A stretch of DNA of 64,000 nucleotides, taken from the NCBI GenBank assembly GCA_965140445.1, contig OZ223236.1:2048001-2112000 (forward strand), written 5' to 3'. The position numbers were made by a program, and so were the translations under genes. The notes beneath the pieces are model-generated. The model had not been told where the DNA came from, searched no databases, and was given only the letters and a program-made list of their open reading frames with translations. Shown here piece by piece: positions 47,273 through 57,174 of the stretch (positions within the stretch are counted from its first letter, which is position 1; every line of letters begins with the position of its first letter). The DNA comes from Candidatus Ozemobacteraceae bacterium. Lineage in GTDB: Bacteria > Muiribacteriota > Ozemobacteria > Ozemobacterales > Ozemobacteraceae.

Positions 47273-48475
47273 ATGAACGAATTCCGAAAGAAGCTTTCAC
47301 AAAACGAGATAGAATCAGGAACTATAATCTGGAGTGAATCTCAAGATGCAAGTTTAAGAGAAATTATTCCGCAAACTCTCGTTTTTGACTTAGTTATTGA
47401 TGGTGAGGAATATGCGAATCTTTCGGTAGAATGGGATAAAAGAAGGCTTTTCTTAGGCGGGCCCCTTGCTGGAGTTATGGATGGAGCGGAGATTGTTTTG
47501 CGTCCTTCTAAAGACAGGGCCGCTGCTGTTGAATGTTTTATTAATTCGGCTCAGGAAAGAATTGTAATTAGAAAAAGGCTATCTCATCTGGAACATAACC
47601 AGAGGTATTTAAAGTGGTATGCCAGGGAAGACGATTTGTATCTGAGATTATTGCCTCAGGGTAAAGATTTTCAAATTGAAGTTGGTGGCAAAAGGATCAA
47701 GGGACGAGAAGCTGATTTTGATAAAAGAAAGATTGTAATCGGGGAAGCGCTCAGGATTTTTTCGCCCGGTGAAGATTTGATTATCCGGCTTGATGATAGT
47801 GGCTCAATACCTGTTTTGATTATTTCGAGAGAGGAGCTTGCTCATAATAATTTTGACGGTTCTACTCCCTTAAGATCTTTAATTACTCGATTACTTTCAA
47901 GACCTTTAAATGATTTTAGAGAAGGTGAAATTCGAGGCTTAATTGTACTTCTTGAAGAAAATAAAAAATTATGGGAAAGACTGGTTAATATTCAAGACGA
48001 AAACAGACACCTGAAGGAACAGGTTAATATGTTGGAAAGCTTGTTAGAGCAATTCTCAGCCAATAGCTTTTTTAACTCAAAAAGGGAATTTGAAACTTGG
48101 GTGGCGGGCCATATTAATCTTTTTGAAAAGGGAACCAGGCTTTTGCATCAGGATTACACAGTATGCCTGCCTGACGGGAAAAAACGCAGAATAGATTTGT
48201 TATGCCAGGATAAGAAGGGCGTTCTTGTTGCTGTGGAAATATTATTTAATCCAGATATGCGACAGCTTGATGAAACCTTGAACCTGATGGATATTTTAAA
48301 AGAGAATATTGAGTCCTTTGGAAATGAATTGACTGGAGGCTTGTTAAAAGCTTCAGATATAAGATGTATGATTATTTCAAATCATGAGAAAACTGATCTT
48401 GTTGAATACTGTTTACAACGCGGAGTAAAGCTATGCATGGTTAATAGCGGCTGCGTTATAGATATTCTGGAGTAA
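47273..48475 (+). CDS. protein with two N-terminal repeats, coiled coil and NucS-like PD-(D/E)XK C-terminal domain
   Basis: RRIDLLCQDKKGVLVAVE; tandem RKxLS...PQ...DKRx...G repeats. Confidence 0.65.
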   Translation: MNEFRKKLSQNEIESGTIIWSESQDASLREIIPQTLVFDLVIDGEEYANLSVEWDKRRLFLGGPLAGVMDGAEIVLRPSKDRAAAVECFINSAQERIVIRKRLSHLEHNQRYLKWYAREDDLYLRLLPQGKDFQIEVGGKRIKGREADFDKRKIVIGEALRIFSPGEDLIIRLDDSGSIPVLIISREELAHNNFDGSTPLRSLITRLLSRPLNDFREGEIRGLIVLLEENKKLWERLVNIQDENRHLKEQVNMLESLLEQFSANSFFNSKREFETWVAGHINLFEKGTRLLHQDYTVCLPDGKKRRIDLLCQDKKGVLVAVEILFNPDMRQLDETLNLMDILKENIESFGNELTGGLLKASDIRCMIISNHEKTDLVEYCLQRGVKLCMVNSGCVIDILE

Positions 48476-48481
48476 AAAGAT

Positions 48482-51151
48482 TTGGGCAAAGAACAAAAAC
48501 AATGGGTGGAGCAACTTAGGAGAGAGCAGTTAAAGAACTCGGCTAGAAACCCTGGGATGGCTGCATTGATGTCCTTTTTCATGATGGGACTGGGGCAGAT
48601 TTATGCAGGACATGTGGATCGCGGCATAATTCTTCTTGCTATTCATTTAAGTGGGATTTTTACTGCATTTAGCCTTTATAGTAAAGGTTTAATTTATGAA
48701 TCTTTATTCCCAATTCTGGGGATGAAAATTCTCATGATTTTTATATACATTTTTTCAGTATTCTTGATTTTACTATGGATTTACAATATCAAAGACGCCT
48801 ACTACTTATCTTTGTTTAGCAGCTTTAGAGACTGGTTTGAAGTTGAAAGAGTTTTGCTTCCAGTTTTACAAAAGCAAGCAGACGCACTTTTGGCTAATGG
48901 TGCTTCTTCAACATTGAACTATATTACAGATGGCTCTGTTGGAGTGGCGGGACAGTTTAACTCTTCTGCAGATGACTCAGGGGAAGATTTTGATGATGAT
49001 TTTGAGGAGTTGGAAGTCGTTTCAGTTTCAGAAAAATCATCCGAAAATGCCAAAAAACCAGAATCTGAAAAAGGGACTGGGGAGAGCGAATCGATTGCAG
49101 CAAAGAAGAAATCTGAAGAAGTTAAGCCTGATAACAAGGAAGAAAAACTGACAGATAGAGCTCAATCAGTGAAAGTGAACAAGCCAAAGATTTCTTCGAA
49201 GGCAGAAGAAGTGGTTTTTTACTCTGACATTGGATCTGTATCAGTAGAAAGAAATTCCTGGAAGATATATATCGGGTTTTGTTTGATTTTCTTGCTACTT
49301 GGACTCTGGCTAAATAAAAAGGATGATGCGAGATTAGGAACCTTGAAAAATGAGGAAGTTCTTTTTAATGTTTCCGCAGATCTTCCTGGTGAAAAAAGTT
49401 CTCAAAGAAATTTTGTGGTTGATCAAAACAATGATCAATCGCCAGTTCAAACCCCAAAAGAGCTTAGGCCTGCTCCAAAAGAAAAACTGGAACCAGAAAT
49501 TGTAGTAAATTCACCATTTAGCGAAGGCTTGGAGTTGATGAGAAAAGGGAATTTTGAATCAGCAGCCCAGTCCTTTGAATTGGATCTTAGGAGAGCCAGG
49601 CCAACCAGAGGAATTTGGAAAAAGATTCTTTCATCATATTATCGAGCTGATTTAACTGTTAAATATGAAATGGTGCTTAGAGACTATCTTAAGAGTTATT
49701 CTGATGATTCGGAAGAATGGTTTAATCTTGGGAAGTTATTATACGATAGAGATGAGTTGTCTCAAGCTTCTCAAGCAATTGTAAAGGGGCTAAGAATTGC
49801 TCCGGAAAATGTAAGAGGCAATTTCTTGCTTGGCTCAATATATAAAGAGCTGGGACTTGACGAAGATGCCTCAACATATTTGAAAAGAGCTGTTGCCATG
49901 GAACCATTAAATTTGGACTTTAATAGAGAGTTAAGTTCTATTCTGTTAAGCCTTGGAAAGAAAGAGGAAGCAGCTAAATTTGCAAAAAGAGTTTTGAGCT
50001 TAAAGCCAGAAGATAGAGTAGCGCTGGATTTGATGAAGAGTATTGAAGGCTCAAGAAATAATAACTTTGTTCGGCCTTCAAAAATTGATAGCAATGACGT
50101 AGTTTTTGTTCAGGGAAGAGCGAAAACGGTAATTCTTCAGCAGACAGGCGATCCTGGTCCTTCGGAAGAACCTGTTAGTAAGACAAAACCTAAAGGAAAA
50201 GTTCTTTTTAATTCAGGAGAGGTGGTTGAATCAATAGATAGTATTCCACAAGATTCTTCTGAAATTGATAATTCAAAAAAAGAGCAAGTTATAAACGCTA
50301 AAAGTAAGGGTAAGGTTTTGTTTGAGGCCCCCGATTCCAGTTTAAAAGCAAATGTAATAGATGAAGAGCAGGAAAGCACATTAAAAGAGGAAATAGTAGC
50401 TCAAAATGAAAGACACGTTATTCCTGCATATTCTGAAAGCCATTCTAATCCCGATAAATCAAAAAAGGAAAAAGTGGATCGAAAATCAGAAAAATTAGCT
50501 GTAAAAGAAGCAGAGACCAAAATTAAATTGGATAAAAATGCAGGTATTTCATTACTTGAAATTCAAAGCTCAAAATCTCTAACTTCTTCTGATGAAGTTT
50601 TGATGATGAACTCTGTTGCCGTAGAAGGAAAAAGATCAAATCCTGCACCAGATAGCCCTGATCTGAAAGCGAGAACATTGGAGCTAAAGAATCTTGGCTT
50701 TTCAGAATATTCGCAAGGGCATTGGGAGGCTTCTCTTTCTCATTATCTTAAGTATCTTGAAACAGAAAAAGATCGCGAAGTTTATGCGGTTGTGGGAAGC
50801 ATTTTTGAAAAGCTTGGTATGAAAAATGATGGATTTGATGCTTATGAACAGGCTTATAAACTTGGAGATAAAAGCCCGGGGACACTTATAAAACTTGGGA
50901 GAATTGCTGAAAGCTTAAAAAAATACAAAAAAGGTGAATACTATTTGTATCATGCATTGAAGGCTAGTCCTCATCGCATTGATTTAAGAATTCGTTATGC
51001 AAGATGTATGGCGGCCAATGGGCGCGTTGAACAAGCTAAGAGAGAGCTTGAAAAGGTGTTAGAAATAGATAACATTTCATATGCTGTTGGACAAAGAATT
51101 AGAAAAGAGTTAAAACTGATGAACCAGGAATTTAGTGAAGGGGCTAAGTAA
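48482..51151 (+). CDS. membrane-anchored TPR protein with low-complexity linkers
   Basis: NPGMAALMSFFMMGLGQIY TM motif, further TM, two TPR clusters. Confidence 0.75.
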   Translation: MGKEQKQWVEQLRREQLKNSARNPGMAALMSFFMMGLGQIYAGHVDRGIILLAIHLSGIFTAFSLYSKGLIYESLFPILGMKILMIFIYIFSVFLILLWIYNIKDAYYLSLFSSFRDWFEVERVLLPVLQKQADALLANGASSTLNYITDGSVGVAGQFNSSADDSGEDFDDDFEELEVVSVSEKSSENAKKPESEKGTGESESIAAKKKSEEVKPDNKEEKLTDRAQSVKVNKPKISSKAEEVVFYSDIGSVSVERNSWKIYIGFCLIFLLLGLWLNKKDDARLGTLKNEEVLFNVSADLPGEKSSQRNFVVDQNNDQSPVQTPKELRPAPKEKLEPEIVVNSPFSEGLELMRKGNFESAAQSFELDLRRARPTRGIWKKILSSYYRADLTVKYEMVLRDYLKSYSDDSEEWFNLGKLLYDRDELSQASQAIVKGLRIAPENVRGNFLLGSIYKELGLDEDASTYLKRAVAMEPLNLDFNRELSSILLSLGKKEEAAKFAKRVLSLKPEDRVALDLMKSIEGSRNNNFVRPSKIDSNDVVFVQGRAKTVILQQTGDPGPSEEPVSKTKPKGKVLFNSGEVVESIDSIPQDSSEIDNSKKEQVINAKSKGKVLFEAPDSSLKANVIDEEQESTLKEEIVAQNERHVIPAYSESHSNPDKSKKEKVDRKSEKLAVKEAETKIKLDKNAGISLLEIQSSKSLTSSDEVLMMNSVAVEGKRSNPAPDSPDLKARTLELKNLGFSEYSQGHWEASLSHYLKYLETEKDREVYAVVGSIFEKLGMKNDGFDAYEQAYKLGDKSPGTLIKLGRIAESLKKYKKGEYYLYHALKASPHRIDLRIRYARCMAANGRVEQAKRELEKVLEIDNISYAVGQRIRKELKLMNQEFSEGAK

Positions 51152-52155
51152 TGCCAAAATCAAGTTTAGAAGCTCTTGCTCATGAGACAAAGATTTTCAA
51201 TACAACTTTAGACCTTTTAAAGGAGTCTTTTTTTGTCGCTAGCGGCAAAAGTATTAAGGAAAGAAAAGTTGAAGGCCTGTTAGACGATCTTGAGAACATT
51301 ATTTTGACTGCTTGCACAGGTATGCCGCAGCATATTGCACAAAAAGCCAAGCAGTCGTTTAAAGCTTTACGTGAAGAAATAAATCAAGATCCATCTCAAA
51401 GTCCAGAGTTCTTACAGCTAAGTTCAAGACTAAATAGCCAGGCTAACCTAATTCTGAGACGAGTTGATAATCTTTTAAACTTGGGTGATGGGCAAGACCA
51501 TAAGTCCGCCAATGGAATTATTCTTGCACAAGAAGAAGAAAGAAAAAGAATTTCGAGAGAGATTCATGATGGTCCTGCTCAAACACTTGCCAGTTTAACT
51601 ATGCGAATTGACTATTGCCTGGATCATGAAGGCTTGCCAGAGAAGCTTTTATTAGAACTACAGGAGTTAAAGCAGTCTGTTATTAGAAGCTTAAAGGATA
51701 TAAGAAGGTTTATTTTTGATCTTCGTCCAATGGCACTGGATGACCTTGGATTAATTCCTACATTAGAACAATTTATTAGTGGATTTAAGCAAAGAACAGG
51801 GGTTCCTGTTTATGTTGATATTGATGGAGACAGATTGTCTCTTTCCCCAGAGAAAGAACTGGCTGTATTTCGCGTAATTCAGGAAGCCTCAAACAATGCT
51901 GTTAAGCACGCAGCTCCAACTTCAGTCTATGTATTTTTGAAGTTTGGTGATGCTGCAAAAAAGCTTTCTGTTGTAATTAAAGATAATGGTAAAGGATTTA
52001 AGGTTGAAGAGATTAGAAAGAACTATGGATCTTTAAAAAAACTTGGGTTACTAAGTATGGAAGAAAGAGTAAGACTTTCTGGCGGAGAAATTGATTTTGT
52101 CTCCGAATTAGGTGAGGGAACCATTGTTTCTTTTTGGGTTCCATTGGATTACTAG
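51151..52155 (+). CDS. soluble DegS-like histidine kinase (HisKA_3)
   Basis: ERKRISREIHDGPAQ, LRPMALDDLGL, QEASNNAVKH, DNGKGF, LGLLSMEER. Confidence 0.9.
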   Translation: MPKSSLEALAHETKIFNTTLDLLKESFFVASGKSIKERKVEGLLDDLENIILTACTGMPQHIAQKAKQSFKALREEINQDPSQSPEFLQLSSRLNSQANLILRRVDNLLNLGDGQDHKSANGIILAQEEERKRISREIHDGPAQTLASLTMRIDYCLDHEGLPEKLLLELQELKQSVIRSLKDIRRFIFDLRPMALDDLGLIPTLEQFISGFKQRTGVPVYVDIDGDRLSLSPEKELAVFRVIQEASNNAVKHAAPTSVYVFLKFGDAAKKLSVVIKDNGKGFKVEEIRKNYGSLKKLGLLSMEERVRLSGGEIDFVSELGEGTIVSFWVPLDY

Positions 52156-52157
52156 AA

Positions 52158-54413
52158 ATGTATAAAAGTCTTCAGGGAAAACTGGTTCTGCATTTTTTCC
52201 TGCTGATTCTCATTACTAACGGACTTTTTGCCTTAGTTAGCTATTCCAGAGAAAATATTCGCACAAGTGAAGAAATCATAGAGACTGCAGCTTTTATTGG
52301 TTCTATCATGCATGGGCCTAGTGGCGATTTCTTAAAAACTGGAAATTCTAAACAAATTGATCGAATTTCCAAATCTCGTCTTGGACTATCCAAGGATTTA
52401 AAAATAACCATTTATGATCGAAATTGGTGGAGAAAATGGGGGGACGAAGAGAGAATTCCAGCTGAAGGTTTTCCACCAATCGAAAGCTTTAATGGTGCTG
52501 AATTTAGAACGGTTCAAGACGTTTTTATTGAGAAAGAACTCCTTTACCCAATTATCGTAGATGATTCACCTGTAGGAGCAATAGGAATTGGTATTCCATC
52601 ACTTGAAAAGCTGGAGTCAAGAACTCCGGGAACAGATTTTCTACTGCTTTTAATTCTGGATGCCATTATTGGTGTTGCGGTTGCGGTTATTGTTGCAAGA
52701 TATATTCTATTGCCTTTGCAAAACCTTGTGCAAGGCATTGAAGAGGTTAAGGAAGGAAATTACAGCATCCGCGTTAAGACATCTGGCACCGGCGAATTAG
52801 TTGCTTTGGGGGAGACATTTAATAAAATGGCTTCCAAGGTTCAAGAAACAGTAAAAGAAAATCTAATGAGAAATCGAATGCTGGATGAGAAATTACAGGA
52901 ATTATGGGAAATTTATGAATTAACTAGAACCATGACCTTTTCTCTTAAGCTTGATGAAATGCTTAAACCATTTTTAGAAAAAGCTCAGACCCTTTCTTTT
53001 AGCTCTTATGCGGAGCTTATTATGCAGGAACGCATTACTAAAAAACCAATAGTTACAGTTTCTTTTGGTGAGGTTAATGATCTCAGCCAGGAGGATTATG
53101 AAAACTCTGTTAACCGAGTTTTCCTTGAAGGAAAGTTAGTTGAAATTATTCAGGGAAGTTTTTCATTTATTTTTATTCCATTGAGAACCGGTCTAAAGGT
53201 GAGGGGGGTCCTTTTCCTTGGGAAGCATGATAGCAGCGGTTACTCTGAGAATGTTCGCCGATTTTTGGAAACCATTTGTCCTGTGGCGGCATCGTTGATT
53301 GAGAATGCTCACTTGTATTCTGAAGTCGCTGACTTGAATGAGTATTTAAGTAATATTTTGAGTAGCGTTAACTCTGGAGTTGCAACTATAGATAGGCAAA
53401 ATCGCCTGCAGTTGGCAAACAATTCATTTTACTCAATTCTTGGGGTAACCAAACCAGATGAAGAAGCACCTTTTCTGGAAAAATTTTGTTCAAAAATTAA
53501 TGATAAAGGGTTTGCTAATGAGTTTTTAAGAAAGGTTACTTCGGATAATTTCAATCATCAAAAGGCTGACGATGAGGGAGAGGAGGATAGAAAGTTAGAA
53601 CGAGTTTGTTTGAGACTACAAAAACATAATTCCTTTTCCAGAATTATTGAAATAATCGTAATGCCTCTCAGGGCCGAAAGAAAAGTAATTGGGAGTATTA
53701 TCAGTATTGAGGATATTACAGAACTGAAAAATATTGAACAGCAGATGCTTGAATCTGAAAAATGGGCAATTCTTGGGAAGCTTGCTGCCTCGGTGGCTCA
53801 TGAAATTAGAAATCCTTTGGTTGCTATTCGGAGCTTAGTAGAGATTATCGGTGAAGATGCAATTGGTGAAAACAAAGAACACGTTAACGTAATTCTTGGA
53901 GAAGTTTATCGACTAAATAGAGTTGTAACAGAGCTTTTAAGCCTTGTTAGACCAGAGAGCGCATTTTTAAAAGAAGTTTCCATTCAAAAACTTCTTAATG
54001 AGTTAATAATTTTAATCCGCCACGAGGCTCAGAAAAAGGGTGTCACAATTGAAACGCGCTTTGAAGACGGGGGAAATTTTATTAAAGCAGATCCTGAGAA
54101 ACTAAAACAGGCATTTCTTAATATTGTACTGAATGCTATACAGGCTATGGATAAGGGTGGGGCGGTATGTATTGAAGCGAGGTCCATTGATGACTGTGTT
54201 GAAATTTCTTTTTATAATGACGGACCGGCGATACCGGATTCAGTGAAATCAAGAATTTTTGAACCTTTCTTTACAACCAGGGAAAATGGTACTGGGTTGG
54301 GGTTGGCAATAACCAAAAAAATAATAGATCTACATAATGGTAAGATAGAATTGAATTCAACAGATAAGGGAGGAGTCGAATTTAAGTTTATCCTTCCGGG
54401 AGGCTATAAATAA
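52158..54413 (+). CDS. membrane sensor histidine kinase (HAMP, GAF, PAS, HisKA, HATPase)
   Basis: Two TMs, HAMP, AHEIRNPL, FEPFFTT, GTGLGL. Confidence 0.92.
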   Translation: MYKSLQGKLVLHFFLLILITNGLFALVSYSRENIRTSEEIIETAAFIGSIMHGPSGDFLKTGNSKQIDRISKSRLGLSKDLKITIYDRNWWRKWGDEERIPAEGFPPIESFNGAEFRTVQDVFIEKELLYPIIVDDSPVGAIGIGIPSLEKLESRTPGTDFLLLLILDAIIGVAVAVIVARYILLPLQNLVQGIEEVKEGNYSIRVKTSGTGELVALGETFNKMASKVQETVKENLMRNRMLDEKLQELWEIYELTRTMTFSLKLDEMLKPFLEKAQTLSFSSYAELIMQERITKKPIVTVSFGEVNDLSQEDYENSVNRVFLEGKLVEIIQGSFSFIFIPLRTGLKVRGVLFLGKHDSSGYSENVRRFLETICPVAASLIENAHLYSEVADLNEYLSNILSSVNSGVATIDRQNRLQLANNSFYSILGVTKPDEEAPFLEKFCSKINDKGFANEFLRKVTSDNFNHQKADDEGEEDRKLERVCLRLQKHNSFSRIIEIIVMPLRAERKVIGSIISIEDITELKNIEQQMLESEKWAILGKLAASVAHEIRNPLVAIRSLVEIIGEDAIGENKEHVNVILGEVYRLNRVVTELLSLVRPESAFLKEVSIQKLLNELIILIRHEAQKKGVTIETRFEDGGNFIKADPEKLKQAFLNIVLNAIQAMDKGGAVCIEARSIDDCVEISFYNDGPAIPDSVKSRIFEPFFTTRENGTGLGLAITKKIIDLHNGKIELNSTDKGGVEFKFILPGGYK

Positions 54414-55819
54414 TGGCAAATGGAAGCTCTTACAAAGAAAATGTTCCTTCAATTTTGCTTGTAGATGATGAGGCATCTGTTCTTTATACCCTTGAGGCTG
54501 TTCTTAAGTCTGAAGGATATAGAATTAGAAAAGCAAATTCAGCTGAAGAAGCTTATGAAATATTTCAGACTGATTTTTTTGATCTTGTAATTACTGATCT
54601 TACAATGCCAGGGGACTCTGGCATAGATTTATTAAATGAAGTTAATAGCTCCAGACCAGATACTATGGTTATTCTGATTACTGCTTACGGTTCTGAGTCT
54701 ATAGCAGTAGAAGCCATGAAAAAGGGCGCTTATGATTATCTGCCCAAACCATTTGCTAATGATGAGTTAAGATTAACTGTTCGTAGAGCATTAGAAAAAT
54801 ATCATCTGCGCCAGGAAAATCTACAGCTTAAGAAACAATTGCATGAACGAGAGGGACTTGCATCCATAATTGGATCAAGTGAGGAGATGCAAAGGGTCTA
54901 CGATTTAATTGAAAGAGTTGGACCAAACGATGTTACTGTTTTAATTACCGGGGAATCAGGAACCGGGAAAGAATTAGTTGCTAATGCAATTCATAGTCTG
55001 AGCCCAAGAAAGGGAAAGCCTTTTATTAGAGTTAATTGCGCTGCTTTACCTGAAAATTTAATCGAAAGTGAATTGTTTGGCTATGAAAGAGGAGCTTTTA
55101 GCGGAGCTATTAACAGACGCCTTGGAAAATTTGAAATAGCTCATACTGGAACTGTTTTCCTGGATGAGATTGGTGAAATGACCATGGCTACTCAAACAAA
55201 AATTCTTAGGATTTTACAGGAAAAAGAATTTGAAAGACTGGGCGGAAATCAGACAATAAAGGTAGATAGCCGGGTTATTGCGGCAACAAATCGTGAATTG
55301 GCAAATGCAATTGAACAGGGAATCTTCCGCGAAGATCTTTTTTACCGTTTAAATGTTATTAACATTCATTTGCCTCCCCTTCGGGATAGGCTCTCAGATG
55401 TTCCAGCTTTGGTTGAAGCTTTTGCAAGAAAGTTTTGTCAAAAATTCAGTAAAAAATATGAGGCTTTCTCCAGAGAATTCATGGGCAGGCTAGTTCAGTA
55501 TGCCTGGCCAGGAAATGTTAGAGAATTACAGAACCTCATCGAAAGAGTTATTATACTTGAAGATGAAAGTGTTTTCTTAAGCTCTTCCTCTAAGTTTGAG
55601 CTCAGATCAAAATTACAAAATGAGCAATTTATTGAAGATGGGCTACTTTCATTAAAATATAAAGAAGCAAAAGATGTTTTACTTAAATCTTTTGAAAGAA
55701 AGTATTTTGAAAGTATCCTGGAGAAAGCTGAGGGCAATATGTCTGAGGCTGCTAGAATAGCAGGAATGCATAGGAAAAATCTATATCTGAAGCTTAAGGA
55801 ATTAGAAAAGAACGACTAG
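54413..55819 (+). CDS. NtrC-family sigma-54 response regulator
   Basis: REC (VDDE, TDLTMP, KPF), GESGTGKE, GAFSGA, WPGNVREL, HTH. Confidence 0.94.
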   Translation: MANGSSYKENVPSILLVDDEASVLYTLEAVLKSEGYRIRKANSAEEAYEIFQTDFFDLVITDLTMPGDSGIDLLNEVNSSRPDTMVILITAYGSESIAVEAMKKGAYDYLPKPFANDELRLTVRRALEKYHLRQENLQLKKQLHEREGLASIIGSSEEMQRVYDLIERVGPNDVTVLITGESGTGKELVANAIHSLSPRKGKPFIRVNCAALPENLIESELFGYERGAFSGAINRRLGKFEIAHTGTVFLDEIGEMTMATQTKILRILQEKEFERLGGNQTIKVDSRVIAATNRELANAIEQGIFREDLFYRLNVINIHLPPLRDRLSDVPALVEAFARKFCQKFSKKYEAFSREFMGRLVQYAWPGNVRELQNLIERVIILEDESVFLSSSSKFELRSKLQNEQFIEDGLLSLKYKEAKDVLLKSFERKYFESILEKAEGNMSEAARIAGMHRKNLYLKLKELEKND

Positions 55820-55824
55820 GTAGC

Positions 55825-57174
55825 TCATTCATTGGCGGCATTTAGCAAATCAAAGCTAAATTTAGATCCTTTTCCCAGCTCAGAAGAAATAAAAAGCTGA
55901 GTGCCGTGTCCAAGCAAAATTCTTTGTGCAATAGCAAGTCCTAAACCAAGACCGCCTCTTGGTCTTGTGTCTGATCGGTCTATTTGGTAAAAAGGGGTTT
56001 GAATTAGCTCAATTTTATCCTTAGCAATGCCTTCACCATTATCAATAATAGATAGACGGGTTTTGCCGTTTAGTGGTTCAGATTTAACAATAATTTTGCT
56101 GTTGGGTGGAGAAAATTTAATCGCATTTTGTAAAAGATTTAAAAGCACTCTGTTTAAGAGAGATTCGTCAGCCCTTATCAATGGCGTTTCTTCTGATATC
56201 AAAATTTCAAAAGTAGTGCCTTTGGTGGAGGCCATTGGTGCCAATGAATCAATAGCTTCAGAAACAAGTCTGGTAAGGTTTTGGTTGGCCAGGTCGAACT
56301 TCAGCTTTCCAGCTTCCATACGGGCAAAATTTAGCATGGAAGAAATTAGTTCGTTTAGATTGTCTGCATTGCGCAGCGAAACCTTCAAAGCCTTTTCCTG
56401 TTTCGCAGTTAATTCTCCAAGTTTTTTGGTAGACATTAAATCAAGATAGCCTTTTATTGAAACTAGCGGAGTTTTAAGCTCGTGGCTGCAGATTGCAAGA
56501 AATTCTGACTTTAACTTATCCATATCTTCAAGCTTTTTTATGCCCTTTTCAGCTTTGTTTAATGCCTTTTTATAGCTTTGTCTTATTTTTTCGAAGACAT
56601 ATTTTTTCTGGATTGTAACTAAAAATTGCTTTGAAGATTGTGAGCTTTTAAATATGCGAACTACAACCATGAAAGGCACGCTTGAATTTTCATTTGTGGG
56701 CACATTTACGAGTACATAGAAAGGAGTGTTTTTTGAACAAACATGTTCCAGTCCACGGGAAATCGCATTAAAAAATGGTTTACAAGACAATGGACCAAAG
56801 AAGGTGCTAAGGCTGTTAGCTTGATCTATATTGGGTAATGCAGGAGAAAGAAGTTTTGTGTTTTCACTAAAAAATAAAATGCCTTTCTGATCATCAAGTA
56901 AAATTGAAAAAAAGTCTTCTTCCGCAATTTGTTCATTAATAAGTTTTTTTAGCCCTGCGTCCTTCCCAGATGGATGCTTTTTTCTAACTACAACTGAGAT
57001 TCCAAATATTAAAAAAACCAGACCAAATAGGAAAAATAAATGTGATTCAGTTGAAAATCTTTCTGAAATGCTTTGTGAAAAACATGGAGCACTTAATCTT
57101 TCCCAAAAAAACAGAACTAGAACTCTTCTAAAATTGCTGGTGGGAAACTGCATGAATAGCTGTGTAAACCTCAC
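55825..57174 (-). CDS. sensor histidine kinase
   Basis: SHELKTPL, NAIKFS, DNGEGI, GLGLGL; start uncertain. Confidence 0.88.
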   Translation of the reverse strand: MRFTQLFMQFPTSNFRRVLVLFFWERLSAPCFSQSISERFSTESHLFFLFGLVFLIFGISVVVRKKHPSGKDAGLKKLINEQIAEEDFFSILLDDQKGILFFSENTKLLSPALPNIDQANSLSTFFGPLSCKPFFNAISRGLEHVCSKNTPFYVLVNVPTNENSSVPFMVVVRIFKSSQSSKQFLVTIQKKYVFEKIRQSYKKALNKAEKGIKKLEDMDKLKSEFLAICSHELKTPLVSIKGYLDLMSTKKLGELTAKQEKALKVSLRNADNLNELISSMLNFARMEAGKLKFDLANQNLTRLVSEAIDSLAPMASTKGTTFEILISEETPLIRADESLLNRVLLNLLQNAIKFSPPNSKIIVKSEPLNGKTRLSIIDNGEGIAKDKIELIQTPFYQIDRSDTRPRGGLGLGLAIAQRILLGHGTQLFISSELGKGSKFSFDLLNAANE

